DNA of 64,000 nucleotides from Bacteroidota bacterium (lineage in GTDB: Bacteria; Bacteroidota; Bacteroidia; Bacteroidales; VadinHA17), in NCBI GenBank assembly GCA_011050615.1, contig DRFJ01000048.1, positions 1,216-65,215 on the forward strand. Direction: 5' to 3'. The translations under genes and the position numbers were made by a program. Shown in pieces: positions 27,559 through 36,323 of the stretch (position 1 is its first letter; each line of letters opens with the position of its first letter). The notes below the pieces were generated by a model. That model saw nothing but the letters and a program-made list of their open reading frames with translations, did not search any database and was not told the origin of the DNA.

Positions 27559-28783
27559 AAGTGCCGTGTTCGATATAGATAAAATAAGATCCGACTTTCC
27601 TGTACTGTCCTGTACTGTCTATGGTAAAAAACTGGTTTATTTTGATAATGGCGCCACAACCCAGAAGCCTAAACAGGTAATAAATGCCATTACAGAAGCC
27701 TACAGTAAGTATTACAGCAATATACACAGGGGAGTGCATGCACTGAGTGATATCTCATCAGAAAAATATGAGTCGGCCCGGGAAAGAATAAGATCTTTTA
27801 TCAATGCATCAGCAAAGGAGGAAATAGTTTTTACATCCGGAACAACCGCTTCCATTAATCTTGTTGCTTTTTCCTTCGGTGAAAGGTATATCAGCCAGGG
27901 TGACGAAGTACTGATATCGGAACTGGAACATCATGCCAATATCGTACCCTGGCAGATGATGTGCGAAAGAAAAGATGCTCATCTGAGGGTCATACCTGTA
28001 AATGATGACGGCACCTTACATCTTGAAGACCTCGATCACCTTATAACAGAAAAAACAAAAATTGTGGCTGTAAGCCAGGTGTCAAATGCCCTGGGTGTTA
28101 TAGTCCCGGTGAAAGAGATTATTGAAAAGGCCCATGAGAAGAATATACCTGTCCTGGTCGACGGGGCACAGGGCATACAACACGGGCATGTGGATGTGCG
28201 GAAACTGGACTGTGATTTTTATGTTTTTTCGGGACATAAGGTATATGGTCCGACGGGAATTGGTGTACTGTATGGGAAGAGGGAATGGCTTGAAGAAATG
28301 CCTCCTTGCCAGGGAGGAGGGGATATGGTCGAGCGTGTTACCTTTGAGAAAACAACCTATAATGAGCTCCCTTTTAAGTTTGAAGCCGGGACGGTGAACT
28401 TTGTGGGAGCAATTGGCCTTGCCACTGCCCTTGAGTATATTGAGGCAACCGGGATGGACAACATAGTAAGACAGGAGGCTGATCTTAAAGTATATGCCGA
28501 TGAAAGAATAAAAGCAACAGGGGGAATAAGGGTTTATGGCAATACGCAGAATAAGATTTCAATAATATCTTTTCTTATCGATAAAATACATCCCTACGAT
28601 GCGGGTTTGATACTTGATAAAATGGGTATTGCCGTAAGAACGGGATCACATTGTGCCCAGCCCATAATGGCCAGGTTTGGAATTGACGGCACGATACGTG
28701 CTTCCTTGTGTTTCTATAATACAAGAGAAGAAATAGATATACTTATTGCGGGAATAGAAAAAGTAAAGAGCATGATGCTATGA
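27548..28783 (+). CDS. sufS: Cysteine desulfurase SufS (class V aminotransferase)
   Basis: 411 aa. YFDNGATTQKP, HHANIVPWQ, PLP-lysine region FSGHKVYGPTGIG, active-site RTGSHCAQP. GTG start overlaps the sufD end; an in-frame GTG at 27566 is an alternative start. Confidence 0.93.
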   Translation: MINKSAVFDIDKIRSDFPVLSCTVYGKKLVYFDNGATTQKPKQVINAITEAYSKYYSNIHRGVHALSDISSEKYESARERIRSFINASAKEEIVFTSGTTASINLVAFSFGERYISQGDEVLISELEHHANIVPWQMMCERKDAHLRVIPVNDDGTLHLEDLDHLITEKTKIVAVSQVSNALGVIVPVKEIIEKAHEKNIPVLVDGAQGIQHGHVDVRKLDCDFYVFSGHKVYGPTGIGVLYGKREWLEEMPPCQGGGDMVERVTFEKTTYNELPFKFEAGTVNFVGAIGLATALEYIEATGMDNIVRQEADLKVYADERIKATGGIRVYGNTQNKISIISFLIDKIHPYDAGLILDKMGIAVRTGSHCAQPIMARFGIDGTIRASLCFYNTREEIDILIAGIEKVKSMML

Positions 28784-29220
28784 GTTACCATGATTTAACA
28801 GTCAGGGAAGTACAGGATGAAATAATCAAGGAATTTTCACTGTTTGACGACTGGATGGACAGGTATGATCATCTTATTGAAGAAGGCAAGGAACTTCCTG
28901 TTATGGATGAAAAGTTCAGGAAGAGTGAATACCTGGTAGAGGGTTGCCAGTCAAGGGTATGGCTCTACCCGGAATTTACAGATGGGAAAGTTTATTTCAA
29001 AGCCGAAAGTGACGCATTAATTGTCAGGGGCATAATAGCACTCCTTGTAAAAGTATTATCAGGGAGAACCCCCGATGAAATAATGGATGCTGATCTTTAT
29101 TTCATTGAAGAAACCGGCCTGAGACAAAATCTTTCCCCTACAAGGTCAAACGGTCTGCTGGCAATGCTGAAACAGATGAAATTGTATGCAATAGCCTATA
29201 AGGCAAAAAAGGAAAGCTGA
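28780..29220 (+). CDS. sufE: SufE-family sulfur acceptor
   Basis: 146 aa. VEGCQSRVWL active-site cysteine motif and the SPTRSNGLLAMLKQMK C-terminal motif. Confidence 0.85.
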   Translation: MSYHDLTVREVQDEIIKEFSLFDDWMDRYDHLIEEGKELPVMDEKFRKSEYLVEGCQSRVWLYPEFTDGKVYFKAESDALIVRGIIALLVKVLSGRTPDEIMDADLYFIEETGLRQNLSPTRSNGLLAMLKQMKLYAIAYKAKKES

Positions 29221-29227
29221 GAATAAT

Positions 29228-29548
29228 ATGGGGAATAATGATTATCTTGAAACTGAAGGGAGGATCATAGAAGCCCTGAAAACCATTCATGATCCTGAAA
29301 TACCTGTCAATATCTATGACCTGGGACTGATATATGAAGTGAGTCTTGATGAAAAAAACGTGGCAAACATAATAATGACCCTTACGGCTCCCAACTGTCC
29401 CATGGCGGAGATGCTGGTTGAAGAAGTTAAGTATAAGGTTGCGGGCACAAAAGGGGTTAAAGACTGTAATCTTACCCTTACATTTGATCCCCCCTGGGAT
29501 AAAAGCATGATGACCGACGAGGCAAAGCTTGAACTGGGATTTCTTTAA
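29228..29548 (+). CDS. sufT: DUF59 (SufT/PaaD-like) Fe-S assembly protein
   Basis: 106 aa. DPEIPVNIYDLGLIY...TLTAPNCPMAEM is the typical DUF59 motif. Last gene of the suf cluster. Confidence 0.8.
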   Translation: MGNNDYLETEGRIIEALKTIHDPEIPVNIYDLGLIYEVSLDEKNVANIIMTLTAPNCPMAEMLVEEVKYKVAGTKGVKDCNLTLTFDPPWDKSMMTDEAKLELGFL

Positions 29549-29555
29549 TTAATAT

Positions 29556-30479
29556 ATGATGGCAGGTAAGCCTGAGTTAAGCCTGAAAATAAAAGATAAG
29601 GCAGCGGGGCTCGGTTTTGATCTGTGCGGGATAGTAAGTGTGAGACCTCTGCATGAGCACAGGGAAGAGATCGGGAAATGGCTGGAAAAGGGATATCATG
29701 CCGGCATGACATATATGTCACGGCATTATGAAAAACGTATCGATCCCTCCCTGCTTGTTCCGGGTGCCCGTTCGCTTATTGTTGTTGCCATGAATTACTA
29801 CCATGAATATAATCCTGAAGATGATAAACCGGTGTTTTCCAAATATGCCCTGGGGCAGGACTATCATAAGGTGCTCAAAGATCGCCTTTACAGCTTACTC
29901 GATTTTATCAGGGGTAAAATACCCGGTACTGAAGGAAGGACTTTTGTAGATACAGCCCCTGTGCTTGAAAAGGCATGGGCTGCTAAAGCCGGACTCGGAT
30001 GGATTGGCAGGAACAGCATGCTTATAAACAGGGATAAAGGTTCTTATATTTTCCTGGGAGTACTTCTTATAAATGCCCCTCTTGAATATGACAGGCATTC
30101 ATTGAAAGATTATTGCGGCTCCTGCAGGAAGTGCATTGATGCCTGTCCCACAGGTGCCATAATGGAAAACCGGATGATCGATTCAAATAAATGCCTTTCA
30201 TACCTGACAATTGAGAATAAAGGGAAAATTCCTCAGGAATATGCTGAAAAAACCGGGAACAGAATATTCGGCTGTGATATCTGCCAGGAAGTCTGCCCAT
30301 GGAATAATAAGGTTAAGGAAACCACGATCAAGGAATTTGACCCCCTGCCGGAAATACTAAATTACACCACAGAACAGTGGAGAAATATCAGTGAGGAGGA
30401 ATATCACTCGATATTTAAGGATAGTGCAGTGCTCAGGGCAGGTTACAGAGGGTTTATGAGAAATTTAATCTCAGGCTGA
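29556..30479 (+). CDS. queG: tRNA epoxyqueuosine(34) reductase
   Basis: 307 aa. Ferredoxin-type clusters CGSCRKCIDACPTGA and CDICQEVCPWN, with a HEAT-like C-terminal tail. Confidence 0.9.
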   Translation: MMAGKPELSLKIKDKAAGLGFDLCGIVSVRPLHEHREEIGKWLEKGYHAGMTYMSRHYEKRIDPSLLVPGARSLIVVAMNYYHEYNPEDDKPVFSKYALGQDYHKVLKDRLYSLLDFIRGKIPGTEGRTFVDTAPVLEKAWAAKAGLGWIGRNSMLINRDKGSYIFLGVLLINAPLEYDRHSLKDYCGSCRKCIDACPTGAIMENRMIDSNKCLSYLTIENKGKIPQEYAEKTGNRIFGCDICQEVCPWNNKVKETTIKEFDPLPEILNYTTEQWRNISEEEYHSIFKDSAVLRAGYRGFMRNLISG

Positions 30480-30482
30480 GGC

Positions 30483-30530
30483 TCCGCCTTCGCTGGCGCG
30501 GTTTTGCATCCTATGCCCGGATAAGGCGGA
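30483..30530. repeat. Isolated GC-rich imperfect palindrome, REP-like
   Basis: TCCGCCTT (30483-30490) pairs with AAGGCGGA (30523-30530). The right arm CCCGGATAAGGCG and the internal CGCTGGCGCG resemble enterobacterial REP consensus pieces (from memory). GC content is far above the flanking DNA. Lies immediately after the queG stop. Confidence 0.3.
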
Positions 30531-30835
30531 AGAAGAAGGCTCAGGCCGGGGATAGGTATACATTTTATAGTTATTATAGTATCTTACCTGTTAACCCTGG
30601 CAGGGGCTTCTTTTTACATAGGAATACCCGGCGATCAGGAAGTTTTCTTATTAATATCAGCAATATTTTCAACAGCCGGCATTGGCTTTTTATGGTGGAA
30701 AACTCTTTCAGTAACATACAGTATGGCCAGGATGAAAGGGCTTAAGAAGTAGATTTAAGATTTAAGAAGAAGTCAGGAGTATAGAAAAATTATTGATTTG
30801 TTTAAAAATCGTAAATTGTCTGGAAAACCTAAGCT

Positions 30836-31289
30836 ATGAAAAAATACCTCCAGCTTTTCTTTCTCTCTTACGTGCTTTTTTCCGCATGCAGGGACTACAC
30901 CTATAAGACCTGGCGAATCAACACGGTGGATTTTGAAGGCTTTAAGGGATGATGATTGGATTACCGCCAATTCTGCAATGGACAGCCTGATTACCTCTGC
31001 TTATTTTGATGCTGCGAAGCTTCTTGAAACTTATAATGAACCCGGTATCAGTGAGGAGGTGCAATGGCGTATAGTATATGTTTTTGGTCATCGTCATGAG
31101 CCTGAGTCAATACCCCTGCTGACAGAAGCCTTACAGAATGAAATCTGGCTGGTCCATACTGAAGCAGCCGTGGGGCTATGCCGCTTTGATCCTGTATACG
31201 TAATACCTGAAATGAAGAAGCTTGGAAATAATTCTGAAAAACACATCCGCAACAATTCCAGATGGGTAATAAAACAGATAAATCATTGA
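30836..31289 (+). pseudogene. HEAT-repeat lipoprotein interrupted by a frameshift
   Basis: Frame A, 30836-30952, encodes MKKYLQLFFLSYVLFSAC... (signal peptide plus lipobox Cys) and then stops. The +1 frame is open from 30840 and encodes HEAT/PBS-lyase-like repeats (LKALRDDDWITANSAMDSL...PLLTEALQNEIWLVHTEAAVGL) to 31289, but its only start is a TTG at 30933. Confidence 0.5.
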
Positions 31290-31348
31290 ATCATTAATTC
31301 AAAACCTGAAATTGTATTGGAAGAATAAAAAACACTTAATTTTATGAA

Positions 31349-32098
31349 ATGGTAAAATGGTTTATGAAAAACAGGATAAGATATTACCTCTTCACAGTAC
31401 TTTTTATTATTGTATGCTCTGCCGGTGCCCGTGCCCAGGTATCCTTATCAGCGTATATTGATGCCGGGGCCAATAATGTATCTGAAGGGCTCTTTATAAA
31501 AACCGCTGGCTTTGGATCTTACAAATTGGGAAAAATGGAATTTGCCGGTGGCATGCAATTCGATATCCTCAATCAGGGTTCCAATATTTTATCAGGTTTT
31601 AAAGTCAACATAACCAGGGAGTTCCGTGTAAAGGGCTTACCTCTGCAGATACAGGGGCTCTATGCTTACAACAGGTTTTCCGAATTGATGTATGAATATA
31701 ACCTGGGACTCCTGGCTCATATTAGCCCCGGTCATTTTACCTTCAGTATTGGCAATAGTTTCAGGACCTATGGCATTACAAGGTATGCGGCCGAGGAATA
31801 TGTCATTGACAGAGCTAATAAGATCCGTGAGAACTGGAACCTGATGTACCTTGTAAGCTACAGCCTTAAACCTGCTGATCATAACTGGAATGTTTCTTTA
31901 TCAGTTACCAATATCGATCATTTTATTATCGAACAGGAAACAAACCCTGTGCTTTTCTTGCGAGGACAATTTAAAGTCAGTGCCCCGCTAAGCCTTTTTG
32001 CTGAATCGTGGTATAAAACAGCAGGTTCATTTAATTTGAGCATTAATTACTTCGGATTTTTTTTAAGAACGGGTCTTATATGGGACATAAATTTGTAA
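31349..32098 (+). CDS. Hypothetical secreted beta-rich (outer-membrane barrel-like) protein
   Basis: 249 aa. Signal peptide ending SAGARAQ, alternating hydrophobic pattern, aromatic C-terminal end. The likely true start is Met6 at 31364. Confidence 0.5.
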   Translation: MVKWFMKNRIRYYLFTVLFIIVCSAGARAQVSLSAYIDAGANNVSEGLFIKTAGFGSYKLGKMEFAGGMQFDILNQGSNILSGFKVNITREFRVKGLPLQIQGLYAYNRFSELMYEYNLGLLAHISPGHFTFSIGNSFRTYGITRYAAEEYVIDRANKIRENWNLMYLVSYSLKPADHNWNVSLSVTNIDHFIIEQETNPVLFLRGQFKVSAPLSLFAESWYKTAGSFNLSINYFGFFLRTGLIWDINL

Positions 32099-32931
32099 AA
32101 AGCTTCCTGGTCATAATCCTGGTTTCAGCCTTCCTCTCCGCATGCGAGAAGGTTGATATGAGAGGAATGTTCCTTTCTTACGAATCGGCGAACTCCCGTT
32201 TTGAGCAGTCAATGGAGTGGAATAGTACACATCCCTTTAAGGAGCTGGTTGTTCCCTCGGATGAATATACCATCTTTGCTATGAGCGACAGTCATGTAGG
32301 CGGCACACAGAACCTGGATACATTCTTCGAGAATGCTGTATCTGGGAATGCCGTTGCAGCGGTAATGACCGGTGATTTAACAACGGGGCAGGCTGATGAT
32401 TACGAGGTTTTTGAACAGCACCTGCCGGATCCGGTAACAATTGCTCTCTTTCCCGTTGTGGGGAATCATGACCTGTATTTTAACGGGTGGGATCAGTTCA
32501 ATTCAAGATTCGGTTCATCTACTTACCTGTTCACAGTAATTACACCTGCAGGGAAAGATATTTTTATCTGCCTCGACTCAGGTGGCGGTACTTTAGGTAG
32601 TAAACAGCTTGACTGGTTGAAGGATATACTTAAGACAGAGCGATCTGACTGCCGTCGTTGTATCATATTTACACATAATAACCTGTTCCGTTTCAGGCGA
32701 ACTGCCGCAACATCACCGCTTGTTGAAGAGTTGCATGTGTTAATGGACCTGTTTATCCGGCACAGGGTGGATATGGTGGTAACTGGTCATGACCACAGGA
32801 AGGCTTCAGGGCTTATTGGCAATACAATCCTTATAATTCTTGATGCCCTGCTGGATGGCTACAGCGATGCTGGTTATATGGAAATAAGAATTACTGACGG
32901 GGGAATTGATTACTCGTTTATTAACCTGTAA
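32080..32931 (+). CDS. Metallophosphoesterase (calcineurin-like) lipoprotein
   Basis: 283 aa. Lipobox FLSAC. Phosphoesterase motifs SDSHVG, GDLT, GNHD, FTHN and TGHDH. Confidence 0.8.
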   Translation: MGHKFVKSFLVIILVSAFLSACEKVDMRGMFLSYESANSRFEQSMEWNSTHPFKELVVPSDEYTIFAMSDSHVGGTQNLDTFFENAVSGNAVAAVMTGDLTTGQADDYEVFEQHLPDPVTIALFPVVGNHDLYFNGWDQFNSRFGSSTYLFTVITPAGKDIFICLDSGGGTLGSKQLDWLKDILKTERSDCRRCIIFTHNNLFRFRRTAATSPLVEELHVLMDLFIRHRVDMVVTGHDHRKASGLIGNTILIILDALLDGYSDAGYMEIRITDGGIDYSFINL

Positions 32932-32961
32932 ATTATTTGAGAAAAGCATAAAGAGATAGTA

Positions 32962-33645
32962 ATGTCATTTGCTGAAAGAGTCATAAAATTTAACCAGGGG
33001 GTTGATTTTACAGGGAACTTACCACCGGGTATAAAGCTTATGAACCCCTTCAGGGAAAACCCGGAAATCCTGGCTGTCAGCAGTGCCTTTTACAGGAAGT
33101 TTTATGATGACAATAATCCCAGGAAACTGATCCTGGGGATTAATCCCGGACGCCTGGGAGCCGGTGCAACGGGTATACCATTTACCGATACAAAACGCCT
33201 TTCAGGAATATGCGGTATTGAAATTGCATCAATAAACACACATGAACCCTCATCAGTATTTGTGTATGAATTTATTGACAGGTACGGGGGGGTGGAAGTA
33301 TTCTACAAGGATTTCTTCATAAGCTCTTTCTGCCCACTGGGCTTCATCAGGAAAAACCTGAAGGGAAACTGGGTTAACTGCAATTACTATGATTATGAAT
33401 ATTTATACACAGCAGTTGAGGAATTCATGATCTCAAGCCTTAAGGAACAGATCGGATTTGGAATTGATACAGGTGTTTGCTACATTCTGGGAAAGAAGAA
33501 TGCAAAATACTTTGAGAGACTAAATGCCCGGGAAAAATTATTCAGCTCCATCGAGGTTCTTGACCATCCCCGGTATATTGAGCAATATAGGTCAAAGTAC
33601 CGGGATGAATATATAAATCAATATCTTAAGATCCTGTATAAATAA
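32962..33645 (+). CDS. Uracil-DNA glycosylase superfamily protein (DUF4918/SMUG-like)
   Basis: 227 aa. ILGINPGRLGAGATGIPFTD resembles the UDG-superfamily motif-1 region. Recognition-level only. Confidence 0.5.
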   Translation: MSFAERVIKFNQGVDFTGNLPPGIKLMNPFRENPEILAVSSAFYRKFYDDNNPRKLILGINPGRLGAGATGIPFTDTKRLSGICGIEIASINTHEPSSVFVYEFIDRYGGVEVFYKDFFISSFCPLGFIRKNLKGNWVNCNYYDYEYLYTAVEEFMISSLKEQIGFGIDTGVCYILGKKNAKYFERLNAREKLFSSIEVLDHPRYIEQYRSKYRDEYINQYLKILYK

Positions 33646-33697
33646 TTTACCAGGAGTGGTCAGTGATTATGAAGATTTAATAACTTAGTCTCATCAG

Positions 33698-34567
33698 ATG
33701 AATACACATGCACAAAGGGAAAAGAAAGTAGTTGCTGCTACTTCTGTAGTAGCTGCAATCTTTCTTACGGGATTTAAACTGGTAGTAGGGATTATCACGG
33801 GCAGCCTTGGGATACTCTCTGAAGCCCTGCATTCCGCACTCGACCTGGTGGCAGCAGGAATTACATGGTTTGCCGTTAGGGTGTCTGACAAGCCTGCAGA
33901 CAGGGACCATCAGTACGGCCACGGTAAGGTTGAGAATCTTTCAGCCCTGATAGAGACTTTCCTGTTGTTAATAACCTGTGCATGGATCATCTATGAGGCG
34001 GTAAGCAGGTTGATATCCGGGGAGACACATATAGAGGTGACGGTATGGAGTTATATTGTTGTTCTCACCTCCATAGTAATCGATATATCAAGATCACGGG
34101 CACTTAAGCGTGTAGCCGTAAAACATAAGAGCCAGGCGCTGGAAGCGGATGCACTACATTTTTCAACCGATGTTTGGAGCTCGGCTGTGGTACTGCTGGG
34201 CCTTATCTGTGCAAATTTCGGTATTTATATAGCCGACAGTATTGCCGCCCTGGGAGTTGCCTTAATTGTAATTTTTATTTCATATAAGCTTGGAAGAAGG
34301 GCTATAAATGTACTGCTCGACCGTGTGCCGGACGAGACCTACGGAAAAATAAAAACAATCCTGGATGATTTTACCGAAATAGAACGCTATCATGACCTGA
34401 AGGTAAGAGCAGCAGGAGCGGAGATTTTTACCGAGCTGAATATCCATGTAAAAAAAGAAATGGGCATTAGCCAGTCGCACGAAATTTCTACGAGAATCGA
34501 GAAAATGATCAAATCAGAAATCCCCCGCTGTCACGTCCATGTACATATTGAACCGGAGGAGCACTAA
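33698..34567 (+). CDS. Cation diffusion facilitator (CDF) family metal efflux transporter
   Basis: 289 aa. Six TM helices with SLGILSEALHSALD and ADALHFSTD metal-site motifs, plus a cytoplasmic C-terminal domain. Confidence 0.9.
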   Translation: MNTHAQREKKVVAATSVVAAIFLTGFKLVVGIITGSLGILSEALHSALDLVAAGITWFAVRVSDKPADRDHQYGHGKVENLSALIETFLLLITCAWIIYEAVSRLISGETHIEVTVWSYIVVLTSIVIDISRSRALKRVAVKHKSQALEADALHFSTDVWSSAVVLLGLICANFGIYIADSIAALGVALIVIFISYKLGRRAINVLLDRVPDETYGKIKTILDDFTEIERYHDLKVRAAGAEIFTELNIHVKKEMGISQSHEISTRIEKMIKSEIPRCHVHVHIEPEEH

Positions 34568-34791
34568 GCCGGGTTTTAAATAAGGATTGAATTTAGGATT
34601 TATAGGTAAAGCTGATTCCCGGCATCTCCTTGAACTGTACTTTAGGCCCACGGGAATTTCCTCCCGGGTCAATCCGGCCAATATCATCATCGTATATAAG
34701 ATAGCTACGGATATTTGCAGAGAGGCACTCTCGTTTCATTAAAAAAATTAATCCATCCCTTAAACGAGACGGAAGAAAGTGGGATACTAAT

Positions 34792-35196
34792 CTAAGATTC
34801 TATAATTGTTACGGCTATTTCCCTCCTGGTTCTGGGGCCGTCAAACTCACAAAAAAATATGTTTTGCCAGGTTCCGAGAACCATTTTGCCTTCAATTAGA
34901 GGGATGGTCTCGGAAGGGCCCACCAGACCGGATTTAAGATGGCTGTCTCCATTATTATCCTGCCTGTCGTGTTCCCAGACACCAGGCGGAATTAATTTCG
35001 CAAGCAGGTTTACCACATCAGTCTGGACTGATTCATCCCAGTTTTCCTGTATCATAATGGCAGAAGTTGCACCGCGGGTAAATATATTAACCAGGCCATT
35101 TTCAATACCAGAGCGCTTTATAATTTTATTAACCTCTGGTCCAATATCATATAAACAATTTCTCTGCCTCGTGCTTATTGTAAAAATTTCTGTCAT
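34792..35196 (-). CDS. yjbQ: YjbQ/UPF0047 family (secondary thiamine-phosphate synthase) protein
   Basis: 134 aa. TSAIMIQENWDESV...DNNGDSHLKSGLVGPSETIPLIEGKMVLGTWQNIFFCEFDGPRTR matches the family signature. Confidence 0.85.
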   Translation of the reverse strand: MTEIFTISTRQRNCLYDIGPEVNKIIKRSGIENGLVNIFTRGATSAIMIQENWDESVQTDVVNLLAKLIPPGVWEHDRQDNNGDSHLKSGLVGPSETIPLIEGKMVLGTWQNIFFCEFDGPRTRREIAVTIIES

Positions 35197-35285
35197 ACTG
35201 TCCTTATTAACACCTAAATATAATAAAAATAAGATAATTTTTTACCTTTCAACTGTTCAAGCGTAATATAATAAAACCGGATACT

Positions 35286-35834
35286 TTGAGCATAAGCTAT
35301 AATATAAGCGAAATTAAGTCAGGAAATAGAAATGAATTCGGGAAACTGGTAGAGGAGAATATGGATTATATCTATAAAACAGCTCTCGTAATAATGGCAA
35401 ATGAAGAAGATGCCAGGGATATAGTACAGGATACATTCCTGAATGTGTGGGATAAAAGAAAGGCGATAAAAACCAGGGAATCCCTGAGACCCTACCTGAG
35501 AAAAATTGCCGTAAATAAATGCTATGATCAGTTACGCAGGCGAAAAATAAGGAAGATGGAGTCATGGATCGAAGATGAATCCAAAATCAAATCAATAATA
35601 AGTGATGAACATCCTGATAAAAAACTCGAAAATGATGAAGCTCTTTCCTTATTAAAAATTCTGGTCTCCGGATTAAGTCCTAGCCAGAGAGTAGTATTCA
35701 CCATGGTGGAATTAGATGAAATGAGCCATGATGAGGTCAGCGAACTAACCGGAATGAAAAAAACCTTAATAAAAAGCAACCTGAGGCATGCCCGGAAAAA
35801 ACTGGAAGAGAAATTAAAAGATTATCTAAGCTGA
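35286..35834 (+). CDS. ECF-type RNA polymerase sigma-70 factor
   Basis: 182 aa. Region 2 (DARDIVQDTFLNVW...LRKIAVNKCYDQLRRRK) and region 4 HTH (MSHDEVSELTGMKKTLIKSNLRHARKKL). TTG start. Confidence 0.85.
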   Translation: MSISYNISEIKSGNRNEFGKLVEENMDYIYKTALVIMANEEDARDIVQDTFLNVWDKRKAIKTRESLRPYLRKIAVNKCYDQLRRRKIRKMESWIEDESKIKSIISDEHPDKKLENDEALSLLKILVSGLSPSQRVVFTMVELDEMSHDEVSELTGMKKTLIKSNLRHARKKLEEKLKDYLS

Positions 35835-35840
35835 GAAATA

Positions 35841-36320
35841 ATGAATGGATTAGACAAATTAATAAGGCAATTACGTATGCATATGCCGGAAATACATGAA
35901 AGGGACTTATTGAAGGAAAGTATTATGCACAAAATAAGCAATAAGAACAGGAAACTGGATTATGTATTCGGCTGGACTGAAATTGCATGGTTAAGAAGGT
36001 CACTGTCCATTGCTGCCATTTTAATTACAGGACTCTTTGTGGGACAGCAATTATTTTTAATTAGAAGTATAAATAAACTGGAGGAACGGATGGTAAGTTT
36101 CAATACCGATAAAATACTGGAATTTCATAGAGAAAATGTAATTGCAAATCAAGTTATTATGCAGGATCCCGAGGCTTCAATCCTTGCCGATAGTATTAAG
36201 ATTTCCACAGATGACCTTCTTAAGCTGATGAGGGAATATCGTGAGTTGCAGGATAAATATGATCAAATTATGGGATCGAAAAAGAAAGGGATAAAGAATC
36301 ACACAGTACAAAAACTATAA
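35841..36320 (+). CDS. Hypothetical single-pass membrane protein, positional anti-sigma candidate
   Basis: 159 aa. One TM helix (LSIAAILITGLFVGQQLFLI). Starts 6 nt after the ECF sigma gene. No recognisable zinc-finger anti-sigma motif. Confidence 0.4.
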   Translation: MNGLDKLIRQLRMHMPEIHERDLLKESIMHKISNKNRKLDYVFGWTEIAWLRRSLSIAAILITGLFVGQQLFLIRSINKLEERMVSFNTDKILEFHRENVIANQVIMQDPEASILADSIKISTDDLLKLMREYRELQDKYDQIMGSKKKGIKNHTVQKL

Positions 36321-36323
36321 GCC

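Noticed and set aside
30480-30560. GC-rich segment considered as SRP (4.5S) RNA or a riboswitch.
   Set aside because: It lacks the conserved SRP domain IV motifs (GGAA/AGCA loops in the correct order) and matches no riboswitch core that I know. It is kept only as a REP-like palindrome.
34593-34739. 48-codon minus-strand ORF (MKRECLSANIRSYLIYDDDIGRIDPGGNSRGPKVQFKEMPGISFTYKS) downstream of yjbQ.
   Set aside because: It has no recognisable motif, no signal or TM feature and no clear ribosome-binding context. It cannot be distinguished from chance without homology or expression data.
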